Source: Octopus vulgaris (lineage: Eukaryota). Taken from it: DNA of 64,000 bases. Of this stretch, positions 52,576-64,000 are shown piece by piece. Position numbers and translations under genes: made by a program. The notes under the pieces are model-generated. The model made no database searches and was not told where the DNA came from. It saw nothing but the letters and a program-made list of their open reading frames with translations. The stretch lies in assembly GCA_951406725.2 (NCBI GenBank), contig OX597816.1, positions 17,298,001 to 17,362,000 on the forward strand, read 5' to 3'. The first letter of the stretch is position 1. Each line of letters begins with the position of its first letter.

Positions 52576-53016
52576 TATGTTGTAGTCTCCTTTTTATATC
52601 ATCTGTCATGACACTTTTTGATCAGATCTCATTTGTATATGTTTCTTTACATTATGTTTTTTGCTTCTTAAAATTCCTGTCCTGTCATTCATTTCCATAA
52701 CCATTTGATATGTGGACGTCATCAGCTCAAGTTTAACATTTAACTAATATGGAATTAGAACTATTAAATTAGAATTAACAACCAGCAAAATAATATTAAA
52801 TTTAAAAAAAACAAACAAACATAAAAGAACTAAAAGAAACTTGAAAAATAATTTGAAATTTCTTTAATGAAGATTCAGCAAAATTATGATTTATTAGATT
52901 AAAGCATAATAATTTATTAGATTAAAGCATAATAAAGTGCATTCCCAAAAAATATGGTTTTAATTGAACAGGGCAATTCAAAAGTCCTTTCATCATTAAC
53001 TTAAATACGCACAAGT

Positions 53017-53397
53017 GAAGGCACAATGACTCAGTGGTTAGCGTAGTGGACTCATGGTTGTAGGATCACGGTTTCGATTCCCAGACTGGGCGTTGTGAGA
53101 GTTTATTGAGCGAAAACACCTAAAGCTCCATGAGGCTCCAGCAGTGGATGGTGGTAATCCCTACTGTACTCTTTCACCACAACTTTCTCTCAGTCTTTCT
53201 TCCTGTTTCTGTTGTACCTATATTTCAAAGGGCCAGCCTTGTCACACTCTGTGTCACACTGAATAACCCCCGAGAACTATATTAAGGGTTCATGTGTCTG
53301 TGGAGTGCTCAGCCACTTGCATGCTAATTTTATGAGAAGGCTGTTCCGTTGATCATATCAACTGGAAACCTCATCGTCGTAACCGACAGAGTGCCAA
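53017..53397 (+). mobile_element. SINE family C with third tail type
   Basis: GAAGGCACAATGACTCAGTGGTTAG head and GGTTTCGATTCCC B box. Matches the 1882 copy up to TTCTTCCTGTTTCT, then diverges. Confidence 0.85.
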
Positions 53398-53407
53398 AAT
53401 GAAGTGG

Positions 53408-53850
53408 GCACAGGCATGGCTGTGTGGTAAGTAGCTTGCTTACCAATCACATGGTTTCAGGTTCAGTCCCACTGCATGGCTCCTTGGGCAAATGTCTTCT
53501 ACTATAGCACTGTGTGAACCAAAGCCTTGTGAGTGGATTTGGTAGATGGAATTTGAATGAAGCCCTGTGTGTAAAAATATATGTACATGAATGTATGTAT
53601 ATGTGGGAGGGTATATCAATGTGTTTCCTTGTCCTGGCATTGTGTGATTGTTGTAAACGAATGTCATTCATATCCAATATTCTGCAAAAACATGTCTGGC
53701 CATGGTGAAACATTAACTTGTTTAGAAGCAGGTAATGGTTTGCAACAGGAAAGGCATCCAGCTGTAAGATATATGTCACAATAAAACTCTGATCCATGCA
53801 AGCACAGAAAAGTGGATGTTAAAATTTTGATGAAGATGGTGATGAAGAGG
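53408..53850 (+). mobile_element. SINE-B head with RTE-like 3' tail
   Basis: B head followed by GGAAAGGCATCCAGCTGTA...CCATGCAAGC...GTGGATGTTAAA and (GAT)-like repeats. Confidence 0.7.
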
Positions 53851-53973
53851 ATGTATAGATTTGTCTATGTGTTTGTGTGTATGTGTGTGTACGTTTGTGT
53901 CTTTGTTTTGGTATCGTGCAAAACACACCAGCATCTGTTATCAAGCGATGTTGGGAAGACAAACACAGACACA

Positions 53974-54059
<86 letters not shown>

Positions 54060-54062
<3 letters not shown>

Positions 54063-54262
54063 CGGGAAGCTTTATGAAAATAAACAAAAGACGAAGGCAG
54101 GTGGAATACAAACAAACAATTGTATTAGTATGGCGCTCAGGAATATCAATAAAACAAGTCTTTTACGTTTCGAGCCTACGCTCTTCAACAGAAGATACAC
54201 AGAAAAGAAACATGGAGATAAACAAGGAGAGAAAGAAAATGTGTGCAGAAGCTAGCGAATCA
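54060..54262 (-). mobile_element. Penelope-like terminus with variant hammerhead, inside the (TA)n of a SINE-B
   Basis: Minus strand CTGTTGA-A-GAGC-GTAG-GCTC-GAAA-CG-TA-AAAG at about 54160-54191. Confidence 0.6.
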
Positions 54263-55252
54263 ACATATATATATATATATATTGGCCTGGTGCAGCCTTC
54301 GGGTTCCCCGGACCCCAGTTGAACCGTCCAACCCATGCTAGCATGGAAAACGGACGCTAAATGAATGATGATATATATATACACATATGCATATATATGA
54401 CGGGCTTCTTTGAGTTTCCATCTACCAAATCCACTCACAAGGCTTTGGTCAGCCCGAGGCTATAATAGAAGACACTTGCCAAAGGTGCCACACAGTGGGA
54501 CTGAACCTGGAACCATGTAGTTAGTAAGCAACTACTTACCACACAGCCACTCCTATGCCTATCATCATTATCATCATCATCATCACCACCAGATCCACTC
54601 ACAAGCTTCAGGTCTGCCTGAGGCTTCAATTGAAAGCCACTTTCCTAAGGTGCCACACAGCGGGATTATTGCTGGAACCATGTAGCTGGAAAGCAACAGC
54701 CATTCTTACCACACAGCCATTCTTGCGTCTGTTTATTAATTTATTTTCGAAAATAAAACCACGGTAAGACTTATTTGCTTATGAAACTAATGTTACGTAA
54801 TATTTTGGTATGTCATTATCACTGCATTAATATAAATATTATTATGGTTTGTTTTATAAAGCAGTAATTATAACAAATGTTATCCTGTCTAAAAATGATT
54901 GACTACAATGAAGCAGAAACTCTGTCATGGTATATCACCTCAAACTCTCAGTGATTAAACTGCTACAGGAGAAAAATCGCATAAAATAAAATGAAAGTAA
55001 ATTATGATGTAGAACTGTCTGAACGAGGAAAAAAAAAAAATAAAATGCAATTACAGGAAAACATTATTTTGTCGACAAACCAACATGGCTTACAAGAATG
55101 AAAGAGAATTAGAATGGAAATATCATTTGTAAAAATGTCCTTCATTTAAATGTAAAAAAAGATATTTAGATGCATAGAGGGTGACATATTAGATGTTGGG
55201 TTGTGGGTCAGTAGATCATATCTTCATATTTTAATCCCTTTCTCTCTCTCTT

Positions 55253-55293
<41 letters not shown>

Positions 55294-55299
55294 CTATCT

Positions 55300-55879
55300 A
55301 TCCTTTTATTCTTTCATTTGTTTCAGCCATTTGACTGTGGCCATGCTGGAGCAACACCTTTAGTTGAACAAATCGACCCCAGGACTTATTCTTTGGAAGC
55401 CTAGTACTCATTTTATCGGTCTTTTGCTGAACCGCTAAGTTACTGGGACATAAACACACCTGCATCGGTTGTCAAGTGATGTTGGGGGACAAACACACAC
55501 ACACACACATACGATAGTCTTCTTTCAGTTTCCATCTACCAAATCCACTCACAAGCCTTGGTTGGCCCGAGGCTATAGTAGAAGACACTTACCCAAGGTG
55601 TCACGCAGTGGGACTGGACCCGGAACTATGTGGTTCATAAGCAAGCTACTTACCACACAGCCACTCCTGTGCCTATACACACACATATACACATACACAC
55701 ACATATATATGTATATATGACAGGCTCCTTTCAGTTTCTGTCTACCAAATCCATTTAAAAACCTTTGGTCAGCCCAAGGCTAAAGTAGAAGGTACATGCC
55801 CAAGGTGCCAAGCAGTGGGATTGAACCCAGAACCATGTGGTTGGTAAGCAAGCTACTTACCACATAGCCACTCCTGCAC

Positions 55880-55923
<44 letters not shown>

Positions 55924-56086
55924 GACAGGCTTCTTTCAGTTTCTGTCTACCAAATCCACTTAGAAAGCTTTGGTCAGCCCAAGGCTAAAGCAGAAAATAC
56001 TTGCCCAAGGTGCCAAGCAGTGGGACTTAATCCGGAACCATGTGGTCAGGAAACAACCTTCTTCCTTCACATCTCCACCTGCACCT
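55300..56086 (-). mobile_element. SINE-B with two additional tandem 5' halves
   Basis: The head segment repeats at about 55515-55675, 55717-55880 and 55922-56086, separated by (CA)n. Confidence 0.8.
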
Positions 56087-56655
56087 ACGTCTATCTATGT
56101 CTGCACGTATGTCTATCTATAATAGACAGAATATTTATTATCAACAGAATTGTCTATAGTAATTAAAGAATCAATTAATGAATCAATTTGAGCATAAGAA
56201 CCATTTAGTTAATGAGACTTCATTCATTTTAGCATATCCATTGAATTTTCTATAAAAAGAATGATGCAATTTGCAGGTGTGAAGTATAAAATTTTGAACA
56301 TAAGATATATTTTGTTTCATGACAAAAATGTATTGACTAATAAAATTGTGCTGTTTCCCAGGAGGTTGTGTCTGTATATGCTGATAGGAAAAATAAGCAG
56401 GAAGAGAAAAATATATTCAAACAGCATACAATTACTCTTATACAAGTAACATGTACATGCACATTAATGATTCCACCATGAATTTTTAACTAATATCTAC
56501 CTCATACAGTGTCTGATAACTGTTGCCCTCAAAACTTCTGGCAGAATCAGTCATTAAACCGATATTGTTTATTGTATCTCTGCATTTTTATATTTTCATT
56601 TCTAGCATTATCAATACTGGGTCTCTAACTTTGTGGTACGAAGCTTGCTTACATA

Positions 56656-57530
56656 GGAGTAGGAGTGGCTGTGTGGTATGAAGCTTGCTTACCAATCACA
56701 TGGTTCCAGGTTCAGTCCCACTGTGTGGCACCTTGGGCAAGTGTCTTCTACTATAGCCTTGGGCCGACCAAACGCTTGTGAGTTGATTTCGTAGATGGAA
56801 ACTGAAAGAAACCTGTCATATACATGTATATATATATATATCATCATCATCATCATCATCATCATCATTTAGCGTCCGCTATCCATGCTGGCATGGGTTG
56901 GACGGTGCAACTGGGGTCTGGGAAGCCAGAAGGCTGCACCAGGCCCAATCTGATCTGGCAATGTTTCTACGGCTGGATGCCCTTCCTAACGCCAACCACT
57001 CCATGAGTGTAGTGGGTACTTTTTACGTGCCACCGGCACAGGTGCCAGACGAGGCTGGCAAACAGCCACGGTCAGATGGTGCTTTTTACGTGCTACCGGC
57101 ACGGAGGCCAGGCGAGGCTGGCAAATGGCCATATATATATCATCATCATCATCATTATCATTTAACGTCAGTTTTCCATGCTAGCATGGGTTGGACGGTT
57201 TTGACTGAAGGCTGGCAACCAGCTGGCTGCACCAGGCTCCAGTCTTGATCTGGCAGGGTTTCTACAGCTGGATCTGTATATATATGTATGTATGTATGTG
57301 TGTGTATATGTTTGTGTGTCTGTGTTCATCCCCCCAACCGTCGCTTGACAACCGATGCTGGCGTGTTTATGTCCCCGTAACTTAGCGGTTCGGCAAAAGA
57401 GACCGATAGAATAAGTACTAGGCTTACAAATAATAAGTCCTGGGGTCGATTTGCTCGACTAAAGGCGGTGCTCCAGCATGGCCACAGTCAAATGACTGAA
57501 ACAAGTAAAAGAGTAAAAGAGTAAAAGAGT
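56656..57530 (+). mobile_element. SINE-B with two RTE 3' ends (56842-57128, 57140-57272, minus) in its internal microsatellite
   Basis: B head, two (CAT)n-RTE termini, then B tail (AAAAGAGT)3. Confidence 0.85.
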
Positions 57531-57693
57531 ATATATGTGTCTGACACAAATTTCAAGGTCTCTCTCTTTCTGTTTCTCTCTGTCTCTTTGTCTCTCTCTG
57601 TCTGTCTGTTTCTCTCTCTCCCTCTCTCTCTTCCCCACTCTCTCTCTCTCTCTCTCTCTTCCCCACTCTCTCTCTCTCTCTCTCTCTCTCTTC

Positions 57694-57731
<38 letters not shown>

Positions 57732-58327
57732 CATCGTGACTAATTAAATCTGTTTCTATTTCTGCTTGTTAGATATTTGTGTTTGACATTTGTCGTCGTG
57801 TTGTGAGTTGAGACAGACAATTTCTAGGATGGAAAACTTAAGAAGCTTTTACAGAACTTGCATTTTACAGAATGATATTATTATTATGTGGTTAATAGCT
57901 GGAATATTAAGCTATTCTTACTTGTGATTTAAACTATCGATCAGATATGGAACAGAATGAGATTATTGATGTTTTATGTGTGTTTCAGACACCAACATAG
58001 GAAAATGTGGAACTAAAACAACCATTATTTAGGATATCATTATTCAGTCTGTCTTCATATAAGGATCTTGCTGAAGAAAATTCTATGCTTTATCGGCATC
58101 ACCATCATCATCATAGTCCTCACTGTCATCACTGCCATTACCACCACCACTGCCACCACCACCACCACCACCACCACCACCACCACCACCACCACCACCA
58201 CCATAATGACTTTCATCATCATCATCATCATTGTATGTATTACATACATATATCAATTTTTCTTAGTGGTCAGACCATATGGGGTTTACATTTAGCATAT
58301 TAGGAGTCCACCTAGTGGTCATTCTTC

Positions 58328-58359
<32 letters not shown>

Positions 58360-58525
58360 TATATATTCAGGCTTATTCCCCGCTTTTTTAGGAGGGGGTG
58401 GCCACAACAAGACACACACCAGTCATTCCATTAATTTCCCAGCTCAAAGAGGTGAGCCCCGTTCTATGCTCGCGTCAAGGCATAGAATGCAACTCCCAAT
58501 ATCAGCAGCGGGGCCCGACCATATA

Positions 58526-58854
58526 TGGCAACTACAGTACCAGTGATTGTAGGATCTCTAGGAATGATAAAAAAGGTACTGAAACCTATTTGAAAATGAT
58601 ACCAGGCTTACCATCCCTACAGGAAGTACAAAAAAAAATCATGTTAACTGGAATGGCTCATGTACTGAGGAGAGCATTATTGCTGTGAAAACAACATCCA
58701 TTCATGAATTTATATATTCATTAATTTTTTTAAAATACATATTTTACCTGTGAATTTGCATGTGTAATCTGGGAATGTATACAATGAGCTTCTCTGCCCT
58801 AGGTGTACGGAAAACACTTTGCGAGAAATGGAAGAAAATTTGATGAAAGAAGGA

Positions 58855-58856
<2 letters not shown>
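58526..58856 (+). mobile_element. R4/Dong LINE 3' end followed by (TAA)n
   Basis: ATTVPVIVGSLGMIKKGTETYLKMIPGLPSLQEVQK...AHVLRRALLL* plus UTR. Confidence 0.85.
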
Positions 58857-58923
<67 letters not shown>

Positions 58924-59060
58924 TAATAATTTCTTAAGTAACCAGAAGACGGATTTGGTATTAATCTTTATTTTGTAAAATGGTCGCTTCAACCCATCCC
59001 GCTAATGTCTCCTATGGGTGGGACTCTTGTTCAATGTGTTGTGTTGCATCCATTTTGCAG

Positions 59061-59123
59061 TCAGGGTCTCATTAGGTACATCCATACATACAGTTGTATG
59101 TATGGATGTACCTGAGATCCTGA
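59061..59123. other. Hairpin: perfect 19-bp arms + 2-nt loop, extended by a 10-bp basal stem
   Basis: AGGTACATCCATACATACA-GT-TGTATGTATGGATGTACCT at 59074-59113, closed by TCAGGGTCTC/GAGATCCTGA. Confidence 0.85.
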
Positions 59124-59351
59124 GTTTTAGATCCTGAGTTTTGGCTGTCATGTTGTAATATGCCTTTCTAGTATATAACAGATGGGCATATAACAACATG
59201 CACATATATATATGTATGTGTATGTGTGTGTGTGAGTGTGCATGTTTGTGATTCTGCCTGCGTTTGTCCCCCACCACTGCTTGACAACCAGTGTTGGATT
59301 AAATACATCACTGCAACTTAGCAGTTTGACAAAAAAGACCAATGGAATAAG

Positions 59352-59761
59352 CAGCGTTACTCATTTTTTGCCAGCTGAGTGGACTGGAGCAATGTGAAAT
59401 GAAGTGTTTTGCTCAAGAACACAATGCGTTGCCCGGCCCAGGAATCGAAACCACAATCTTACGATCATGATGCTGACACCCTAACCACTAAGCTACGTGC
59501 CTCCACTAAATAAATGCTCCTTTTTAAAGCCTAGCCAGGCTCATGGGCCTGGTTTCCTGGTTTCAATGGCATATGTGTTCCCCAGCTGGACGGGATGCCA
59601 GTCCATCGCAGCGTTACTCATTTTTGCCAGCTGAGTGGACTGGAGCAACGTGAAATGAAGTGTTTTGCTCAAGAACACAACGCGTTGCTCAGTCCAGGAA
59701 TCGAAAGCATAATCTTACTATCATGATGCTGACACCCTAACCACTAAGCCACGTGCCGCCA
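59352..59761 (-). mobile_element. Dimeric tRNA-SINE inserted into a SINE-B
   Basis: Full copy at 59520-59761 plus 3'-truncated copy at 59352-59506. TSD CAATGGAATAAG at 59340-59351 and 59762-59773. Confidence 0.85.
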
Positions 59762-59890
59762 CAATGGAATAAGTACTGGTTTAAAAAATAACAACTAGGG
59801 TTATTTATTTGATCAAAGTTCTTCAAGGTGATGCCCCAGCATGACCACAGCTTAATGAATGAGACAAGTAAAAAATAAAAAATAAAAGAT

Positions 59891-60300
59891 AGGCGCAGGA
59901 GTGGCTGTGTGGTAAGTAGCTTGCTAACCAACCACATGGTTCCGGGTTCAGTCCCACTGCATGGCATCTTGGGCAAGTGTCTTCTGCTATAGCCCCGGGC
60001 CGACCAATGCCTTGTGAGTGGATTTGGTAGACGGAAACTGAAAGAAGCCTGTCGTATATATGTATATATATATATATGTGTGTGTGTATGTGTTTGTGTG
60101 TCTGTGTTTGTCCCCCTAGCATTGCTTGACAACCGATGCTGGTGTGTTTACGTCCCCATCACTTAGCAGTTCGGCAAAAGAGACCGATAGAATAAGTACT
60201 GGGCTTACAAAGAATAAGTCCCGGGGTCGATTTGCTTGACTAAAGGCGGTGCTCCAGCATGGCCACAGTCAAATGACTGAAACAAGTAAAAGAAAAGAAA
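59891..60300 (+). mobile_element. SINE family B, young subfamily
   Basis: Shares diagnostic GGCATCTTGG..CTGCTATAGCCCCGGG with 60852-61268. Confidence 0.92.
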
Positions 60301-60851
60301 AGAGAAAAAAAAGAATATCTTTGTCCAGGAAGGCCAAGCAAAATTTATATTTCTCTTCTCTCTATCTTCTTCTACCAATGCATACAAAATACTCTGACCT
60401 TTGTTTTACAGTGCACAGTCGTAGTTCACTGATACACGGACAGAAGACATGCTGCGTACACCAAGGATTGCTCAAAATATCATTAATGTTTCTATAGAGA
60501 TTTAGCAATCACCACCAGAACAAATCAAATAAGCAATTAAGCTTGACATCGTAAAATGCTTTTAAAGTACAATCTACAACGCAAAATGCCTGAAATTGCA
60601 CAAACATAAATTTGATTTAGCAGGGGGGGGGGGGGAGAAAAAAAAAACTGGAAAAAAAACACGATATAAACTGTAAAAAAAAAGAAGAAAGCAATTTAGT
60701 AAATTCTTTTGTTATATTAGTGTGTGGTGGAATACGAAAGTTAAATCTGTAAACTGGCAAGAGGTTGTTACTGATGTTTGCACTGTGCAGCTAATTGATG
60801 CGAATTAGAGTTACAGTGTTTCAAACATATTAAGAAAAAAAAAAAAAAAAT

Positions 60852-61268
60852 AGGCGCAGGAGTGGCTGTGTGGTAAGTAGCTTTCTAACCAACCGCATGG
60901 TTGCGGGTTCAGTCCCACTGCGTGGCATCTTGGGCAAGTGTCTTCTGCTATAGCCCCGGGCCGACCAATGCCTTGTGAGTGGATTTGGTAGACGGAAACT
61001 GAAAGAAGCCTGTCGTATATATGTATATATATATATATATAATGTGTGTGTGTGTTTGTGTGTCTGTGTTTGTCCCCCTAGCATTGCTTGACAACCGATG
61101 CTGGTGTGTTTACGTCCCCGTCACTTAGCGGTTCGGCAAAAGAGACCGATAGAATAAGTACTGGGCTTACAAAAGAATAAGTCCCGGGGTCGATTTGGCC
61201 GACTAAAGGCGGTGCTCCAGCATGGCCGCAGTCAAATGACTGAAACAAGTAAAAGAGTAAAAGAGTAA
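60852..61268 (+). mobile_element. SINE family B, young subfamily
   Basis: CpG-rich, near-identical to the 59891 copy. Confidence 0.92.
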
Positions 61269-61679
61269 AGAAAATAAATGCCATATCTAAACTATAATTC
61301 TCTCTGTCACATATCAAAGATGCATGAGATTCATGCTATATTTAATGGCAGGATGCAATATTGATAAAATTTTCGGTACCTTGCATCCATTTTAAATGTC
61401 CCTTATAATATGCTATAGTATGATAAATGTGAAATGAGAAACAGAGAGAGAGAGAGCATTTCCACAAATATAACACAAATATAATTAAGTTATTCTAAAG
61501 TTATACTAAATTTCCTACGACTAGCTGAGCATCTGATTCTACTGGAATGTTAGAATAAATTGAAAGATATCCCATGTTCAGAAGCTGGAATATCAGCTTT
61601 GTCTTTACGTGGTTCCATTGTTTGCTGTTCAATTAGGGTATGGAACAACTGTTCATATTTACATCTGTTATACTAGAGA

Positions 61680-61869
61680 TATCATTATCATCATCATCAT
61701 CATCATCATCGTCATCATCATCATCACCATCATTGTCATCATCATCATCGTCATCATCATCATCATCACCCTCACCATCATCATCATCATCATCGTCGTC
61801 ATCATCATCATCATCATCACCACCATCATTATCATCATCATCATCGCCATCGTTTTTATCAATCACCAC

Positions 61870-61907
<38 letters not shown>

Positions 61908-62150
61908 CCATTGCTGTTGTTCTCATCATTGTCTTTGTTGTCGTCGTCTTTGTTGTCATTGTCATCGTCGTTGTCATTGTCATCGTCGTCATCATCATCA
62001 TTGTCATCATCATCGTCATCATTTTAATGCCCACTTCTCCATGCTCGCATGGGTCTGATGGAGTTTCTTGAGGCAGGTTTTCTATAGCAGGATGCCCTTC
62101 CTGTCACCAACCCTTACCTGATTCAAAGCAAGGAGATATTTTCTCCATGG
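61680..62150 (-). repeat. (CAT)n tract with RTE-type tail
   Basis: (CAT)n at 61680-62020, then TTTAATGCCCACTTCTCCATGCTCGCATGGG. Confidence 0.8.
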
Positions 62151-62379
62151 CCCTAATTCTTTTACTTGTTTCAGTCATTTGACTGTGGCCATCCTGGAGC
62201 ACCTCCTTTAGTCAAAGAAATCGACCATAGGACTTATTCTTTGTAAGCCTAGTACTTATTCTATTGGTCTCTTTTGCCAAACTGCTAAGTGACAGGGATG
62301 TAAACACACCAACATCAGTTGACAAGCGATGGTGGTGGACAAACACAGATACAAACACACACACACACACACACACATT

Positions 62380-62612
62380 AAGGGTGGTGAGCTGGCAGAA
62401 ATGTTAGAATGCAGGGTAAAATGCTTAGCAGGATTTTGTCTGCTGTTATGTTCTGAGTTCAAATTCCACCGAGGTTGACTTTGCCTTTCATCCTTTTGGG
62501 TTTGATTAAATAAGAACCAGTTACACACTGGGGTCGATGTAATTGAGGTAATCCCTTTGTCTGTCCTTGTTTGTCTCCTCTATGTTTAGCCACCTGTGGG
62601 CAATAAAGAAAT
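62380..62612 (+). mobile_element. SINE family A monomer inside SINE-B microsatellite
   Basis: Full A copy between the B tail (62155-62370) and B head (62700-62865), both minus strand. Confidence 0.8.
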
Positions 62613-62668
62613 ACATACATCATCATCGTTTAACGTCCATTTTCCGCGCTAGCACGGGTTATGCATAT

Positions 62669-62701
<33 letters not shown>

Positions 62702-64000
62702 ACAAGCTTCTTTCAGTTTCTCTCTACCATATCCATTCACAAAGCTTTAGTCAGCACGAGGCTATAGCAGAAGATACTTGTCCAAGGTGCCATGCAGTGG
62801 GACTGAGCCCGGAACCATGTTGTTGGGAAGCCAGCTACTTACCACTCAGCCACATCTGTACCTATAGCCACTTCTGTATATATGAATGCAGAATATTGGA
62901 AAGGAATGATTTTCAATTAAATCAATTACTCTCTCTCTCTCTATCTCTCTTTCTCACCACACACACATGCACACATATTCGTATACATATGATGAGCTTC
63001 TTTCAGTTTCCATATACTAAATCCACTCATATGTCTTTGATTGGTCCAGAGTTATAGTAGAAGGCCTTTGCCCAAGGTGCCATGCAGTGGGACTGAACCC
63101 GGAACCATGTGGTTGGGAAGCAAACACAGGTAAAACAGAATAAATGTTGATGATGATGATGATGGTGATGATACATTCATCAGATACTGATTCCACCAAT
63201 TATAACAGGTATGACGAGGAAAAATATTTATTACGAATGCGTGGGCAGTTACAATTAGCTTGTATAATTGATCAGCAATTAGTCTCCCTAGCTGTGCTCA
63301 AATCATTAATCTTAATGATGTTGCTAATTATCATGATCAAATTAGAAAAAAAAAATGATAAAATTCTGCAAAATATGTATTTGTGGTATTTGTTCTTAGA
63401 CTTTGTATTCTGGATTCAAATTCTGCCAAGGACAAATTTGTCTTGTATTCCTTTAGGGATGGTAAAATAAAGTATCTGCTAATTACAGGGGTAAGTGATG
63501 TTAACAAACTCCTTATCATCAAAACTGCAGAATGAGACAACTGGGCGTAGCTCTTTGGGCACCGATGATCTGGCATGGCTGACCAGACATTTGATCATTT
63601 TATTCTAGTGACAGTGCTATTTGGCACTGGAGGCAAACACACACACACACAGAGACAAGCACACACACACACACAGACAAGCACAGACACACATATACAC
63701 GCATATACATATACATGCATACACATAAAAATACACATACAGATAGAGATACAGAGAAAGAGGGAGGGGGCGAGAGAGAAAAGGAGAGAGAGAGTGTGTG
63801 AGAGAAAGAGAGAGAGAGAGAGAGAGTGAGAACAATAGAAGTACAGGTTTTCAAAATTTTGGCACAAGGTCAGCAATTTCGTGGGAGGTGTAAGTCAGTT
63901 GCATCGACCCTCTGTGTTCAACTGGTATTTATACTATTGTTGTAATGCCAATATTCATGATGATACATTTTTTACATTATAACCGTGTAGTAACAGTAAA

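Overview
AT-rich (roughly one-third GC), microsatellite-dense animal DNA that is almost entirely intronic or intergenic. The SINE families and repeat landscape look like a coleoid cephalopod, probably Octopus; this is recognition from memory, not a database result. No host gene is confidently recognisable. The best candidate is a possible minus-strand terminal exon at 6664-6794, and nearly all listed ORFs are microsatellite or SINE artefacts. The window holds dozens of tRNA-derived SINEs from at least four families, 5'-truncated RTE, R4/Dong and Tx1-like LINE ends, Penelope-like termini with minimal hammerhead-ribozyme motifs, a non-autonomous Helitron, a Helentron-like element, piggyBac-type MITEs and mariner relics, many of them nested. 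Main observations: (1) one SINE family forms TSD-flanked concatemers of 2, 3, 5 and 7 units, each with a single head and the same junction just 3' of the head's stem-loop, suggesting a circular or processed RNA template; (2) several hammerhead-like motifs occur, one as a head-to-head inverted pair; (3) retroelements appear to partition among microsatellite types, including a Tx1-like end embedded in (TATC)n. Many repeat boundaries are approximate.
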